Source of the DNA: Stegostoma tigrinum
Lineage: Eukaryota
DNA length: 64,000 bases
Direction: 5' to 3'
Assembly (NCBI RefSeq): GCF_030684315.1
Contig: NC_081374.1
Location: forward strand, 12,264,837-12,328,836
Shown here: positions 1 to 12,341 of the stretch, in pieces
Layout of the letters: every line of letters begins with the position of its first letter
Position numbering within the stretch: position 1 is the stretch's first letter
Program-made: the position numbers and the translations under genes
Notes under the pieces: generated by a model
Databases searched by the model: none
Told to the model about the DNA's origin: nothing
Seen by the model: only the letters and a program-made list of their open reading frames with translations

Positions 1-629
1 TGGATTTGTTGGGTTAAATGGCCTGTTTCCACACTGTAGGGATTCTTTGATCTTCTATGATTATCACTACGAGCAACTCTATAAATTTCCACGTTTAACA
101 CATTTGTTCAGATAATAGAGGCTGCTGTCATTTTCACACAGCAATGTTGATGCCTTCACTGAAATAACAACTGAATACTGTAGGCCCGTACAAGGAGCTT
201 CAAAGCTGACGGAGAAGCAGGGAGAGAGGGAGATGGACAATGATATTTTGCACGAGTATTACTAATATCTCACAAGTGACTAATTAATGAATCAATTACA
301 ATACATTTGAAACCAATGAATTCTGTAACTGAACACAGCCTCCGGATGGCATGATAAGAAACTATAATTCTTTAAGCTATCTTACAGAGGAATAAAATCT
401 CTGCGGAGCCCGGTAGCTGGTGAAGCATAAATTCAGTGAATTAACAAACTGGAATTGAAACATGGATTGTTGTAAAAATGTATCTAGTCACTGATGTCCT
501 TTGGGCCTGGTCAATATGTGCCCTCCAGAGTGGCCAGGTAAACCATACAGTTCAATGCATTGTCAGCAACACCCACATCTAGAGAGGAAAAAAAATGTAA
601 AATGCTCCTATTATAATTTTATTTTTCAG

Positions 630-682
630 TCACAGTTGAACGGAATGCAGCTGGCTTTGGTAGTCTTGCTTCCTCCGTCACG
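630..682 (+). CDS. Paralogue 1 penultimate cytoplasmic exon (xTVERNAAGFGSLASSVT)
   Basis: Acceptor ttttatttttcag, donor cg|gtaaga. 53 nt, phase 1 to phase 0, the same phases as exon 21858-21898 of paralogue 2, and it joins in frame to 4244. Confidence 0.65.
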
Positions 683-3600
683 GTAAGAAGATTCTATGTC
701 AAGCTCACATGATGACAAAAGGTCCAAGGCAACATTTGATAACTCTGATTGGATACAGCATGGCATGACAATCTGACTACATGACACTCGCACACGTGAC
801 CACTGATCACATGATGCTTAATTGCAAACATTAGTGCATTTACTTCAAAAAGGTCAGGTCACCTAGAGTTGCTCCTGGATGAGCCACTGTCTCACAGAGA
901 GAACTGAAAGGTCACAAGTGCACTGATGGTAAGGAAACATAGGGGTCAAAGATGAAGAAGCAATTTGTGGAGGGGAATCCAAATGGGAGGACCTGTTGTT
1001 TCAACATTAGCTAGAAGCGAATCATTGGAGAAGTGTTGGTAACTCATATTAATGTTCTGATGAAGAGTCATCTGGACTCGAAACTTAGCTTGCTTTCTCC
1101 CCATGGCCCACTGTCATTTCCGGTAACAAGGTGTAGCGCTGGATGAACACAGCAGGCCACGCAGCATCAGAGGAGCAGAAAAGCTGACGTTTCGGGCCTA
1201 GAGCCTTCTGAAAAAGTGATCTCCAGCATTTTTTTCTGTTCTCAGTTAATGCTAGTAACATTCAGGTTCCCCTTGTAAGTGAAAGCCATAAAATAATCAT
1301 TGATAGTCCTAAAATAATTGGCATTATTAGGTGTGACACCATAATATCTTGGCTATGACTAGTCATAATCCTCAACCCACCAATATTCACCCTGAAACCA
1401 CAGATGGATTCCTGTTGTTGAAAAAGATGCAGCCAGGCTCCCGCTTTTAACAGACATGCTCTGTCCCATAGGAACATAGAAACACTGGAACAGGAGTGGC
1501 CTATTCAGCTACCATTCAATACAATCATGGCTGATTAATTTTTTAATATCTTGTCTGTATAACCCTACATGTTGTTGGTAAGCAGAAATCTGTCAATCTC
1601 TACCTTAAACATTAGACAATAGACAATACGTGCAGGAGTAGGCCATTCTGCTCTTTGAGCTAGCACCACCATTCGTTACGATCATGGCTGATTATCCACA
1701 ATCAGTATCCTGTTCAAATATTGTCAAATATTGAACTCCCACAGTCCCATGTTGTAGAGAATTCCAAAGGGTAAAAACCCTCTGAGTAAACCCTTCACCC
1801 AGAGATTTGTGAGCGTATGGAATAGTTTACCAGTGGTAGTCGTGGAAGTGGAGTCATTAGTGACACTTAAGCGACTGCTGGACAAGCACATGGACTGCAG
1901 TGAATTGAGGGGAATGTAGGTGAGGTTATTTTATTTTTGGATTAGGATTATTCCATGGCACAACATCATGGGCCGAAGGGCCTGTACTGTGCTGTACTTT
2001 TCTATGTTCTAAAATCATTTCTCCTTGTATTGGACCTAAATGTATTTCTCCTTATTTTTAATTTGTTTCCTTTGGTTTTGGACCGCCAGGCCAGAGGAAA
2101 CATTTGACCTGCATCTACTCAGTCTATCCATTCAAGTATTTTATCAGTTTCAAAGAGATCATATCTCATTCTTTGAAACTTTTGGGAATATGGGCACAGT
2201 ATGCCCAATCTCTCTTCATAGGATATTCCTGCCATCCCAGAAGCAAATCCAGTGAACTGTCACTGCACTCCCTTTATAGAGTTAAGGAGAGGGAAATGAC
2301 ACAAAGTACTCTGGGTGTACTTAACCAAGTTCCCATACAATTGAATTAAGACTTTACTACTCCCGTGCTCAAATCCTCTTGCAATAAAGGCTAACATTTG
2401 ATTAGCCTTTCTAATAAATTGCTGTAGTCTTCTTAGAACTTGGTTCAATTTTTCTAGCTCCTTGTCAAGGAATTAAGAATGAGCTGTATACATCAGTCAG
2501 AGCTGACCTTTAGTTAGGCTTCACATAACAAAACCAACCATATCAAATTCACCTGAAGTGAGCAGAGAGATTGCAAATGGGAAAAGGAGGTTAACACAAT
2601 CCTCACAGGATGGCCAAATTATCAGGTTTATTCAAGAGGTTCCATAAATGCACAGGGAAAAGCTAGAGCATCTGCGCAGCCCCCAGCCATCTGCATTGCC
2701 ACACACTCCCAGGGCTGGGTTTGAGCAATTAGCTGTCATGAAGGAGCGAGTGACTTCTGAGTTTACTTATTTGGAATCTTAGAATTTTGCAATATAGAGG
2801 GAGGTCATTGGGCCCATTGTGTCTGTACCAGCTCCTGGAAGAGCTATCCAGCTAGTCCGAATTTCCAGCCCTATCCCTGCAGCCCTCTGAATTCATCACT
2901 TTCAAATATATATCCAGTATATGTAGTGAGTGCACATTCCTGGGAGCCAATAAATGGCATCCTTATTGGCTGAGTTTAAGGTGATTAGTCTGTCACTTAG
3001 TCTGTAGAGGGACACCCCTCGATAAGGTACAGCCTTGTTAATTTTTCTGTCCACAAGCGCATGCAGGGTTTCTTCTGAGGGCCCAATGGTGGAGATTGAC
3101 TGGCTGTCCAGGGCCTCATCTTCTCCTGAACCTGTTGAACAAGGATCATGGTGACGTTAATAGTTCAAAGCCTACCATGTGATTGATGTAGTGAAAGACA
3201 CAGGGGCCATGAAGAATGGATGCTTGAAACAGGGTTGTAAGAAGTGAAGACCATCATTGATTTGGTGCAGGAGTCTGAGTCCAGGAGGGGAGGGAGTTTG
3301 GGGTGCATGTGTCAGTTTACAATAAAATCTGAGTGGAATTTATCCCTGTTCTGTGGTGAGTTTGATGGTGGGGGGGGCACTTAACCATGAAGGAGAGAGG
3401 GAGGTGGGGACTGCCATTTTCCTGCCTCCCCTCCTTGATGAAATGCATGGTAGTCAGTCCCAAGGTTGACGCCATCACCAGGCAATGTCACTCTCAGGGT
3501 TTAAGCCAACAATGGGCCATGCATGGCTCTCTCAGGCCCCCAGAGAGGGCCCTCAGTTAAAGACAATCAGTGTCTTTGAGGACCTGATACAGGCAGTGGT

Positions 3601-4465
3601 GGAAGGGCAGCTGTGACCCACTGCACACCCACACTCTGCACTGCACCCCTTCCTCGCCATAGCTCCAAGCCCCGTTCTCCATGAACCTTCGCTCTCTAGT
3701 TGCCTGGGTGCAAAGACCTTACTGGACCTGGTGTGTCATACCACCACCTCCCAGCCGACGCTGCTGCTCACAGGAGCTGCCAGTCCACGATGACCCCCCA
3801 AAGTAAGTACCTGAGTGGTACTTAATGATTTTTCTGAAGAAGGGTCTTGACCCGAAACGTCAGCTTTCCTGCTCCTCTAATGCTGCTTTGCCTGCTGTGT
3901 TTATCCATGTTATCTCAGATTCTCCAGCATCGGCAGTTCCTACCATCTCAGTACTTAATGCAGCTGGCTTTGCCTAAAAGACAGGTGGAGGGGGCACTCT
4001 TGTGGCACAGTGGTAATGCCCCTACCCCTAGACCAGAAGGCTAAGTCCCCAACCTGCCCCAGAGTTGTGTAATAACATCTCTGAGCACAGAGATAGAAAC
4101 ACAGATTAAATAGGGGGTGGCCTAGCTGGCTAATTAGCCTTTGGGCAAGACCACTGTCCCCACATTTAAATACCCCTCTAGGATCTGATTAACATTGTTC
4201 CATTATTGCATTAACAGTTTCCCTTTTGTCTTGGTTTCCTCAGGAGGATACAACTGTGATGTATTCCACTGTGAAAGTGGTACCCAAAGCTGACTTGGAA
4301 AGTACTTACATTAACCTGCAGGATCTTCAATGTCAAGGAACAGCTAAAGACCAAAGTTCTTCAGACTCTGTAGAATATTCCACGATTGTCTTCAGATCAC
4401 AACGAAATAATCCAAAAGAGGAGCCACGTGTGCTTTCTCCAGGCAATGTCAACAATATGTCGTAA
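630..4465 (+). CDS. CD300/pIgR-like inhibitory receptor, paralogue 1, 3' part only (exons 630-682 and 4244-4465; upstream exons lie outside the window)
   Basis: Two phase-compatible exons encoding a cytoplasmic tail. Their layout and sequence match the last two exons of the complete gene at 12302-26125. The family call comes from that paralogy, since no Ig exon of this gene is in the window. Confidence 0.75.
1057..1088 (+). ncRNA. Minimal hammerhead ribozyme-like motif from a second Penelope-like family, probably degenerate
   Basis: CTGATGA-A-GAGTC-atctg-GACTC-GAAAC; perfect 5-bp stem II with a sequence different from the main family. Confidence 0.5.
1472..2430 (-). mobile_element. Degenerate CR1-type LINE 3' fragment with a younger + strand CR1 3' end nested at about 1793-2010
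   Basis: ORF 2260-2448 (KANQMLAFIARGFE...LIQLY); the nested piece ends in TGTACTTTTCTATGTTCT. Confidence 0.7.
3834..3863 (+). ncRNA. Minimal hammerhead ribozyme motif in a Penelope terminus (3828-3950)
   Basis: CTGAAGA-A-GGGTC-tt-GACCC-GAAAC-GTC. Confidence 0.6.
4244..4465 (+). CDS. Paralogue 1 terminal exon with ITIM-type motifs VMYSTV, STYINL, VEYSTI
   Basis: Acceptor ttggtttcctcag|GAG. Reads EDTTVMYSTVKVVPKADLESTYINLQDLQCQGTAKDQSSSDSVEYSTIVFRSQ...NMS*. Aligns with exon 25946-26125. Confidence 0.85.
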   Translation, partial: EDTTVMYSTVKVVPKADLESTYINLQDLQCQGTAKDQSSSDSVEYSTIVFRSQRNNPKEEPRVLSPGNVNNMS

Positions 4466-6094
4466 CTTCGAATTCAAACGAACCCCACTATACAATTTCT
4501 CAATAAGTTCGTACATATGAACTTACTGTTGTTTTAAAGCTATTTTTTGATAGATCTATTGAGTCATTCTGTTGAAAGATTACAGCATTGGCCCTCAACA
4601 CAGACTTGACTTCATTATTTCCCTTTTGAAATTTGCCATTATCATCTAAAATAAATACATCGTGCAGCCATAAAACACAAACATTCTCTTGCAAAGAGTC
4701 AGCCTGACTTGAGGCTTTGTTTGAAGTATACTTAGCCATGTCAGTTAAGAGGCTGTAGATATTCTAACGCTGGTTTCTTATGTTACTGAAGACTTTCCCT
4801 GTCTATTCCAGAAGTGCTCTCATTTCCTTATACTTTTGTTAACTTTGATGCTTGAAGTGTGGCAGCTAGCAAACAGAAACATTTAAAGACATGAGACATA
4901 TAGTTTTATTCTTTTATCAGTTGTAACTTTGGTGGAAATTATTTGACCACATCTGTTTTGTTTCATGGATGTGTAAATAAGTTGTCTATAGAATTAAAAT
5001 AAATACCGATACTGACTGCAAATGTGAAACCAGATATAAAGTATTGACACAAAAATAATTGTCTACTTCTGTGCACATCATTTGGGAGGTATTTCCCATT
5101 AACCTCTTCAAACATGTTATTGAATAACTCTGGAACAGACGTGACTTGAACCTGAACCTTCTGGTTCAAAGGTATAGGCATTACAATTTTGCTACAAGAA
5201 TCTCCATACTTACAGATCTCAGCTCCAACAGATGAGCTATCGACGGGGAGTCACCACAAGTCCACTTTAGTGTTGGGTCTTCTACAATATTAAATAAGAA
5301 ACTGACCCAATAGCCTTTATTGCCACATGCACTCGAGTGAATGCAGTGAAATGTTTGTAATGCCACCTATTTGGCGCTATCTTACACACACGGTTCCTAG
5401 GTACAGATAGCTTAATGTTGTTAGAGTTGAAAGAGTAAAAGAAAGACTGGCACGGGAATACAAAATTTAAGAAGTCCGCAATGGGAATAAAAGGTATCTT
5501 TGAAATACTCAATTTATTCTCCTTCTCACTGACGCTGTCTACACCAGGCTTCACTGCCTTCACGTGCCGTCCTTCCTCCCGGACTCGTCTCCCCCACCGG
5601 CCTGGGCTCAATCTGCTCCCTATCGGGCCCCAATCCCCAACTCGGATCCCAGCTGAGCCCGTGCTCCGGCCGCAACTCGCTCCCAGGACTCGCCTCCCTA
5701 GTGCGCCCAGGCTTGGTCTGCTCCCACTCCGGGCTCTGGCTGTGACTCACTTGCCATGCTGGCCTGGTCTCGGACTTGACTCCCACTCTGGGCTGGACTC
5801 AGACTCGCGACCAACCTCCATTCCCGCCAGGTAAGGTCGTTTAAGAAGTTAAAATTTGTTGGGGGAGGTCGAGGAGAAAAACTGCAGTAAATGACAAGAA
5901 AAGGAATTGGCAGGTAGAGGAGTTCCAGCTGATGTGTTTTACTCTGCTCCTGATGAGAACAGTCCCACTTTTTCCAAAAAAGTATTTCTGTATAACTTTG
6001 CATTCATATTTCTAACGTCTTATAGACAGCACATTATTCCTTGGGTAAAGATAATGAACTGTGCACTGAGTGCCAATCACACTATGAAAACATA

Positions 6095-7217
6095 GATAAT
6101 AAAATGTGAGGCTGGATGAACACAGCAGGCCAAGCAGCATCTCAGGAGCACAAAAACTGACGTTTCGGGCCTAGACCCTTCATCAGAGAGGGGGATGGGG
6201 GGAGGGAACTGGAATAAATAGGGAGAGAGGGGGAGGCAGACCGAAGATGGAGAGTAAAGAAGATAGGTGGAGAGAGTGTAGGTGGGGAGGTAGGGAGGGG
6301 ATAGGTCAGTCCAGGGAAGACGGACAGGTCAAGGTGGTGGGATGAGGTTAGTACGTAGATGGGGGTGCGGCTTGGGGTGGGAGGAAGGGATGGGTGAGAG
6401 GAAGAACCGGTTAGGGAGGCAGAGACAGGTCGGACTGGTTTTGGGATGCAGTGGGTGGGGTGGAAGAGCTGGGCTGGTTGTGTGGTGCAGTGGGGGGAGG
6501 GGACGAACTGGGCTGGTTTAGGGATGCAGTAGGGGAAGGGGAGATTTTGAAACTGGTGAAGTCCACATTGATACCATTGGGCTGCAGGGTTCCCAGGCGG
6601 AATATGAGTTGCTGATCCTGCAACCTTCGGGTGGCATCATTGTGGCAGTGCAGGAGGCCCATGATGGACATGTCATCTAAAGAATGGGAGGGGGAGTGGA
6701 AATGGTTTGCGACTGGGAGGTGCAGTTGTGTGTTGTGAACTGAGCGGAGGTGTTCTGCAAAGTGGCCCCCAAGCCTCCGCTTGGTTTCCCCAATGTAGAG
6801 GAAGCCGCACCGGGTACAGTGGATGCAGTATACCACATTGGCAGATGTGCAGGTGAACCTCTGCTTAATGTGGAATGTCATCTTGGGGCCTGGGATAGGG
6901 GTGAGGGAGGAGGTGTGGGGGCAAGTGTAGCATTTCCTGCGGTTGCAGGGGAAGGTGCCGGGTGTGGTGGGGTTGGAGGGCAGTGTGGAGCGAACAAGGG
7001 AGTCACGGAGAGAGTGGTCTCTCCGGAAAGCAGACCGGGGTGGGGATGGAAAAATGTCTTGGGTGGTGGGGTCGGATTGTAAATGGCGGAAGTGTCGGAG
7101 GATGATGCGTTGTATCCGGAGGTTAGTAGGGTGGTGTGTGAGAACGAGGGGGATCCTCTTAGGGCGGTTGTGGCGGGGGCGGGGTGTGAGGGATGTGTTG
7201 CGGGAAATGCGGGAAAC
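6095..7217 (-). mobile_element. Penelope-like retroelement, 5'-truncated (GIY-YIG endonuclease region plus 3' terminus)
   Basis: ORF 6411-7292 contains CNRRKCYTC and NVVYCIHCTRCGFLYIGETKRRL...FAEH; the terminus carries a hammerhead motif. Confidence 0.9.
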
Positions 7218-7410
7218 AATGTGTTTAACAAGGGGATAGGAGCAGCAGATTGATAATCTCTGCCCATCTTCTGATGGGAATATGCACACCATACCATTAG
7301 TTATTTTCGTATTTCTGTTCCTTTCTGGAATTGGATATCCAGATACAACAATCTTAACTGTGGCCTAACCCCACTGTCTGTGAGAACGGTCACTGTAACA
7401 GTTTCCATCA

Positions 7411-8274
7411 GAGACTCCCTTGTCCGCTCCACACTGCCCTCCAACCCCACCACACCCAGCACCTTCCCCTGCAACCGCAGGAAGTGCTACACTTGTCCCC
7501 ACACCTCCTCCCTCACCCCCATCCCAGCCCCAAGATGACATTCCACATTAAGCAGAGGTTCACCTGCACATCTGCCAATGTGGTATACTGCATCCACTGT
7601 ACCCGGTGCGGCTTCCTCTACATTGGGGAAACCAAGCGGAGGCTTGGGGACTGCTTTGTAGAACACCTCCACTCGGTTCACAACAAACAACTGCACCTCC
7701 CAGTCGCAAATCATTTCCACTCCCCCTCGCATTCCTTAGACGTCATGTCCATCCTGGGTCTCCTGCAGTGCCACAATGATGCCACCTGAAAGTTGCAGGA
7801 ACAGCAACTCATATTCCACTTGGGAACTCTGCAGCCCAATGGTATCAATGTGGATTTCACAAACTTCAAAATCTCCCCTTTCCCCACTGCATCCCAAAAC
7901 CAGCCCAGCTCGTTCCTGACTCCCTAATCTGTTCTTCCTCCCTCCTCAAGCTGCACATCCATTTCCTACCTACTAACCTCAACCTGCACCCATGACCTGT
8001 CTATCGTCCCTGGACTGACCTATCCCCTCCGTACCTCTCCACCTACACTCACCTCTACAGGCTCCATCCCCGCCCCTTTAACTTGTTTGTCTCTCTCCAC
8101 CTATTTTCTCCTCTATCTACCTTCGATCCGCCTCCCCCTCTCTCACTATTTATTTCAGAACCCTCTCGTCATCCCCCTTTTCTGATGAAGGGTCTAAGCC
8201 CGAAACGTCAGCTTTTGTACTCCTAAGATGTTGCTTGGCCTGCTGTGGTCATCCAGCTCCACACCTTCTTATCT
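7411..8274 (+). mobile_element. Penelope-like retroelement fragment, more diverged copy in the opposite orientation
   Basis: ORF 7484-7789 has GIY-YIG motifs; same 3' terminus with CTGATGA...GAAAC at 8182-8206. Confidence 0.88.
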
Positions 8275-8714
8275 CCATCAATAGAACTTTTTTTGTGGTC
8301 CATTGTGCCATCTAGTGATTATTTGAGAAACTGTCCAAAAAGCATGTCTTGAATGCTTTGACAACTTTAACATGTAAGTTTCTGATTAGAAAAGATTAAA
8401 GCATTTAATTGCTGAACAGGTCTCTGAAAAATATTATCTTATTTTTTAATAACAATGATTCAGACTCACACTTCCTCCATCTTTATTTTGTATCCCACAT
8501 GAACAGACCTCTAAAGGGGAGAGGATGGCCAAAGATGTACAGGGTCTCCCTTCATCTAACAGTTACTTACCAGCTCAGTGGGTAAGAAACCTGAATCTCA
8601 CTCGGTCAGTTAAGCACTTTAGTTACTATTAATGTTTTTTTAGGATTAATTTTCCAAGATCGAAGCAAGTTAACTGCAGAAGGCCATCAGGAGCTGATTT
8701 CCCAGCATTACATT

Positions 8715-9410
8715 AACTCATTAGGGTACGAGTCCATAGCTCCCTGAGAGTAGCCACGCAAGTAGATAGGGGGGGTAAAAAGGATGTACGGCTTCTTGCC
8801 CTTATTGGTCGGGGATTTGAGTACAAGAGTCAGGATGTAATGTTGCTTTATAAAAGTTTGGTTAGGCCACACGTAAAGTATTGCATTCAATTCTGATTGC
8901 CACATTACAGGAAGGATGTGGAGGTTTGGGAGAAGGTGCAGAAAAGGTTTATCAGGATGTTGCCTGGATTAGAGGGTATGAGCTATAAGGAGAGGCCAGG
9001 AAATCTCACAATGTTTTCTCTTGAGTGGCAGAGGCTGGGAGGAGACTTTGAAGAAGTTTAAAAAATGGAGATACATAGGCACAGTTGATGATTGGAATCT
9101 TCTTCCCAGGGCTGAAGACGTCTAATACGCGTGCATTTAGACTGTGAGGGGAAAGTTCAAATGAGACATGGGGGCAATTTCTTTTACCACAGAGCGTGGT
9201 AGAAGTTTGAAACGTGCTGCCAGGGGACGATGGTGGAGGCAGGCACAATAGGGGCGTTTAAGGGACTTTTAAATAAGCACACGAATATGCAAGGAATGGA
9301 CGGATATTGACCAATGGCAGGCAAAAGGGATTAGTTTCATTTGATATCATGTTTGGCACAATATCGTGGGACAAAGGGCCTGTTTCTGTGCTGTACTCTT
9401 CTAAGTTCTG
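8715..9410 (+). mobile_element. CR1-type LINE 3' fragment
   Basis: Frameshifted YRKDV..LEKVQ.RF.RMLPGL homology and a 3' tail similar to 9872-10452. Confidence 0.8.
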
Positions 9411-9871
9411 TGACCAGATCACCCCAACACAGTTGTTTTCCTTCAGGCTGTAAGCAGTTTTGGAGAGTGTACTTTATTTTAATAATAAATTGCTTGATGC
9501 TTATGAACATGCACCAATAAAATTTAACGATGCATCTTCTCATTTGGAGCAACAGAGGAATTGAACCGATTAAAAATTAGTTCAAGTTCCACGTAGAATG
9601 CCCTCTCCAGCATGATAAATCATAGATCTGTATGTAATAAATGAACAACATGGTTTACTGATTTCAATAAAAAGCTAATCAATGGAGGGTCTTGCAGTGT
9701 AGTGATAGTGTACCTACCTCTGAGCCAGGAGGCCCTGGCTAAAGCCCCATCTGTACCTGAGATGTTTAACTACATCTCTGAGCAGGTGCTTTAAAAGTAT
9801 GTAAAATGTTGAACATCTAATACAGCACCAGAATAAGTGGCACCTGTGGAGACAACTAAAAGTCAACATTT

Positions 9872-10452
9872 CGACAAATCTGATGTCATGCTGCAACTGT
9901 ACAAAACGCTAGTGCGGCCTCATTTGGAATATTGCGTGCAGTTCTGGACGCCCCATTACAGGAAGGATGTGGAAGCATTGGAAAAGGTGCAGAGGAGATT
10001 TACCAGGATGTTGCCTGGTCTGGAGCGCAGGCCCTATGCAGAAAGGCTGAGGGACCTGGGTCTGTTCTCATTGGAGAGAAGGAGGCTAAGAGGGGATCTA
10101 ATCGACACATTCAAGATGACCAGAGGATTAGAAAGGGTGGACAATGAGAGTCTTTTTCTAAGGATGATGACTTCAGCTTGTACAAGGGGGCATAGCTACA
10201 AATTGAAGGGTGATAGATTTAAGACAGATGTCAGAGGCAGGTTCTTTACTCAGAGAGTGGTAACGGCATGGAACGCCCTGCCTGCCAATGTAGTTAACTC
10301 AGCCACGTGAGGGGCATTTAAACAGTCCTTGGATAAGCATATAGATAATGATGGGATAGTGTAGGGGGAGGGGCTTAGATTAGTTCACAGGCCGGTGCAA
10401 CGTCGAGGGCCGAAGGGCCTGTTCTGCGCTGTATTGTTCTATGTTCTATGTG
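9872..10452 (+). mobile_element. CR1-type LINE 3' fragment, relatively young
   Basis: ORF 9837-10310 (LYKTLVRPHLEYCVQFW...FFTQRVV); tail TATTGTTCTATGTTCTATG. Confidence 0.92.
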
Positions 10453-10699
10453 CTAAATCATTAATATACTCGAACAGTTGTAGATTCTCCTACAAGAGGA
10501 AACATCCTTTCCACGCCAACCCTCTCTGGATCTTGTAAGGTTCTATCAAGTCACCTCTTAGTTTTCTATACTGCAGCAAATCCAAGCCTGGCCACTCAAA
10601 CCTTGCCTCATGAAACAACCTATCTGTGCTGGGATTAGTCTTGTAGACCTTCTGATTTCGCCAGTCTTCGTGTGGATTAAAATTCCCATGGCCGGGATA

Positions 10700-11860
10700 T
10701 CGCTGCTTTAGACAAGACAGAGGAGGAAGCAAATGGGGTGAAGATGTCACATTAGGTTAGGGAACATACCACTGCTACATTGAGGGAGGATTCCTTGGAA
10801 TGATGTTGCAGCAAGGAATTATGGTTACAGCTCAGGAATAGGAAGGGTGCAATCACAATGCTGGGATTGTATTACAGATTTCCCAGCCGCCAACAGGAGA
10901 TGGAGGGAGAGGTATGTAGTCAGATTCTGGAAAGATATGAAAATACCAAGGTAACTTCCCCCCCTATTTACAGGAACTCCTTTAGTACTGCGGGTTTGGA
11001 AGTATGTTAGCGAGGTGTATCCAGGAGAGTTTTCTGAAACATTATGTGGATAGTAGCTACAGGACCTGGTACTGGAAAATTAGCTGGGCCAAGTGATCAA
11101 AGTTTCAGTGGGGGAGCATTGTGGGAACAATGACAATAATTCCATAGAAGTTTTCAAATACTTATGTATAAGGACAAGAGTGGACCTCGGTTGATGCTGT
11201 TGAATAGGGAAGGCTAACTAAGGTAATTACTCAAGAACTGAGCATGGGAGTGGCTGTTTGAGCATAAATCCTCATCTGACGTATGGGAGTCTTTTAAGGA
11301 CCAGTGGACTAGAGTGCAAGGCAGGCATATTCCTGCAAAAATGAAGAATGGGAATGGCAAGATTCAGGAACCTGGGATGATAGGGGAAATTGTCAGGTTA
11401 GTCAAAAAGAAAAGCAAGCATTTCTAAGGTCTAGGCAACTAAAAACAGAAGTCTTTGAAGAAAACAGTGAAAGTATGAAGGAGCTAAAATGGGGAGTTAG
11501 AAGGGCTAAAAGGGGCTATGAAATATCCTTGGCCAGCAGGGTTAAGGAAAATCCAAAGGCATTTTATACATCTATTAGGAACAAAAGAATAGCTAGGGAA
11601 AGAATAAGTCCATTCAAAGATAAAGGACGGAAGTTATATGTGGAGCCAGAGGAAATGGCTGAGATCCTTAATGAGCACTTTACATGTGTACTCACCAAAA
11701 AGAGGGATGTGAGAGATATTGGCGTTAGAGGAATTGGCATGAATACTCTCAGGCAGGTCAACATAATGAAGGAGGAAGTGTTGGGTGTTTTGAAATATGC
11801 TAAAGTGGGCAAGACCCCAGGGCCAGATAGGATCTGTTCAAGGAGGCAAGGGAGGAAATA
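10700..11860 (+). mobile_element. Degenerate CR1-type LINE ORF2 internal fragment
   Basis: ORF 11475-11861 (KENPKAFY..I..KR, K.PGPD.I). Confidence 0.75.
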
Positions 11861-12067
11861 AAAGATTTGAAATCTGATTAACTCAAGACACTGGATCCAA
11901 CAAACCTAAAACACCTCAGTTTGAGATGCTATGCAAACAGCTAAGTGAGAGTGCCCCTCCAACACTCTCTCAAAAGCAATTGCCAATGAACCTATCCCTC
12001 AAATTGAATTAGTGTTCATGATCAAAAAAAATCCGTCTGAATTGCTTTTCTACATTTACTTATTTTT

Positions 12068-12231
12068 TGCACATGACAGAGGAAAGAAGCTACCAAAGTT
12101 CGGAATTTAAAAAACAACTTCCTCAAACTGGAACTGTTTACATCAAAATTGGGAAACAGTCTGTTTTATTGACTCTTAGCCTGCGCATACAAGGAAAATA
12201 TTTGCAATTCTATAAGGAAGTAAATGATTCA
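12068..12231 (+). promoter_or_regulatory. Putative leukocyte/myeloid-type proximal promoter of paralogue 2
   Basis: CACATGA (M-box) 12070-12076, GAGGAA 12079-12084, GAGGAAGT on the - strand at 12117-12124, TTTGCAAT about 12201, TATAA 12211 overlapping AAGGAAGT 12214-12221. All lie within 240 bp of the ATG. Motif evidence only. Confidence 0.4.
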
Positions 12232-12301
12232 GCACAGACCATTAAAGAGACACAGAGATACATGTATAACACAGAAAACTGTGGATAACTTCACTGGAAC
12301 C

Positions 12302-12341
12302 ATGAAGTTCACTGCACTGCTGGTCCTCAGTCTGATATCAA
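12302..12341 (+). CDS. Paralogue 2 exon 1, leader peptide MKFTALLVLSLIS
   Basis: accATGa Kozak-like context, hydrophobic core, phase-1 donor A|gtaaga. Confidence 0.85.

Noticed and set aside
6095-8274. A single fold-back Penelope insertion like 47056-49491
   Set aside because: The arms differ in divergence and terminal sequence, are separated by about 190 bp of unrelated DNA, and show no clear TSD; more likely two insertions.
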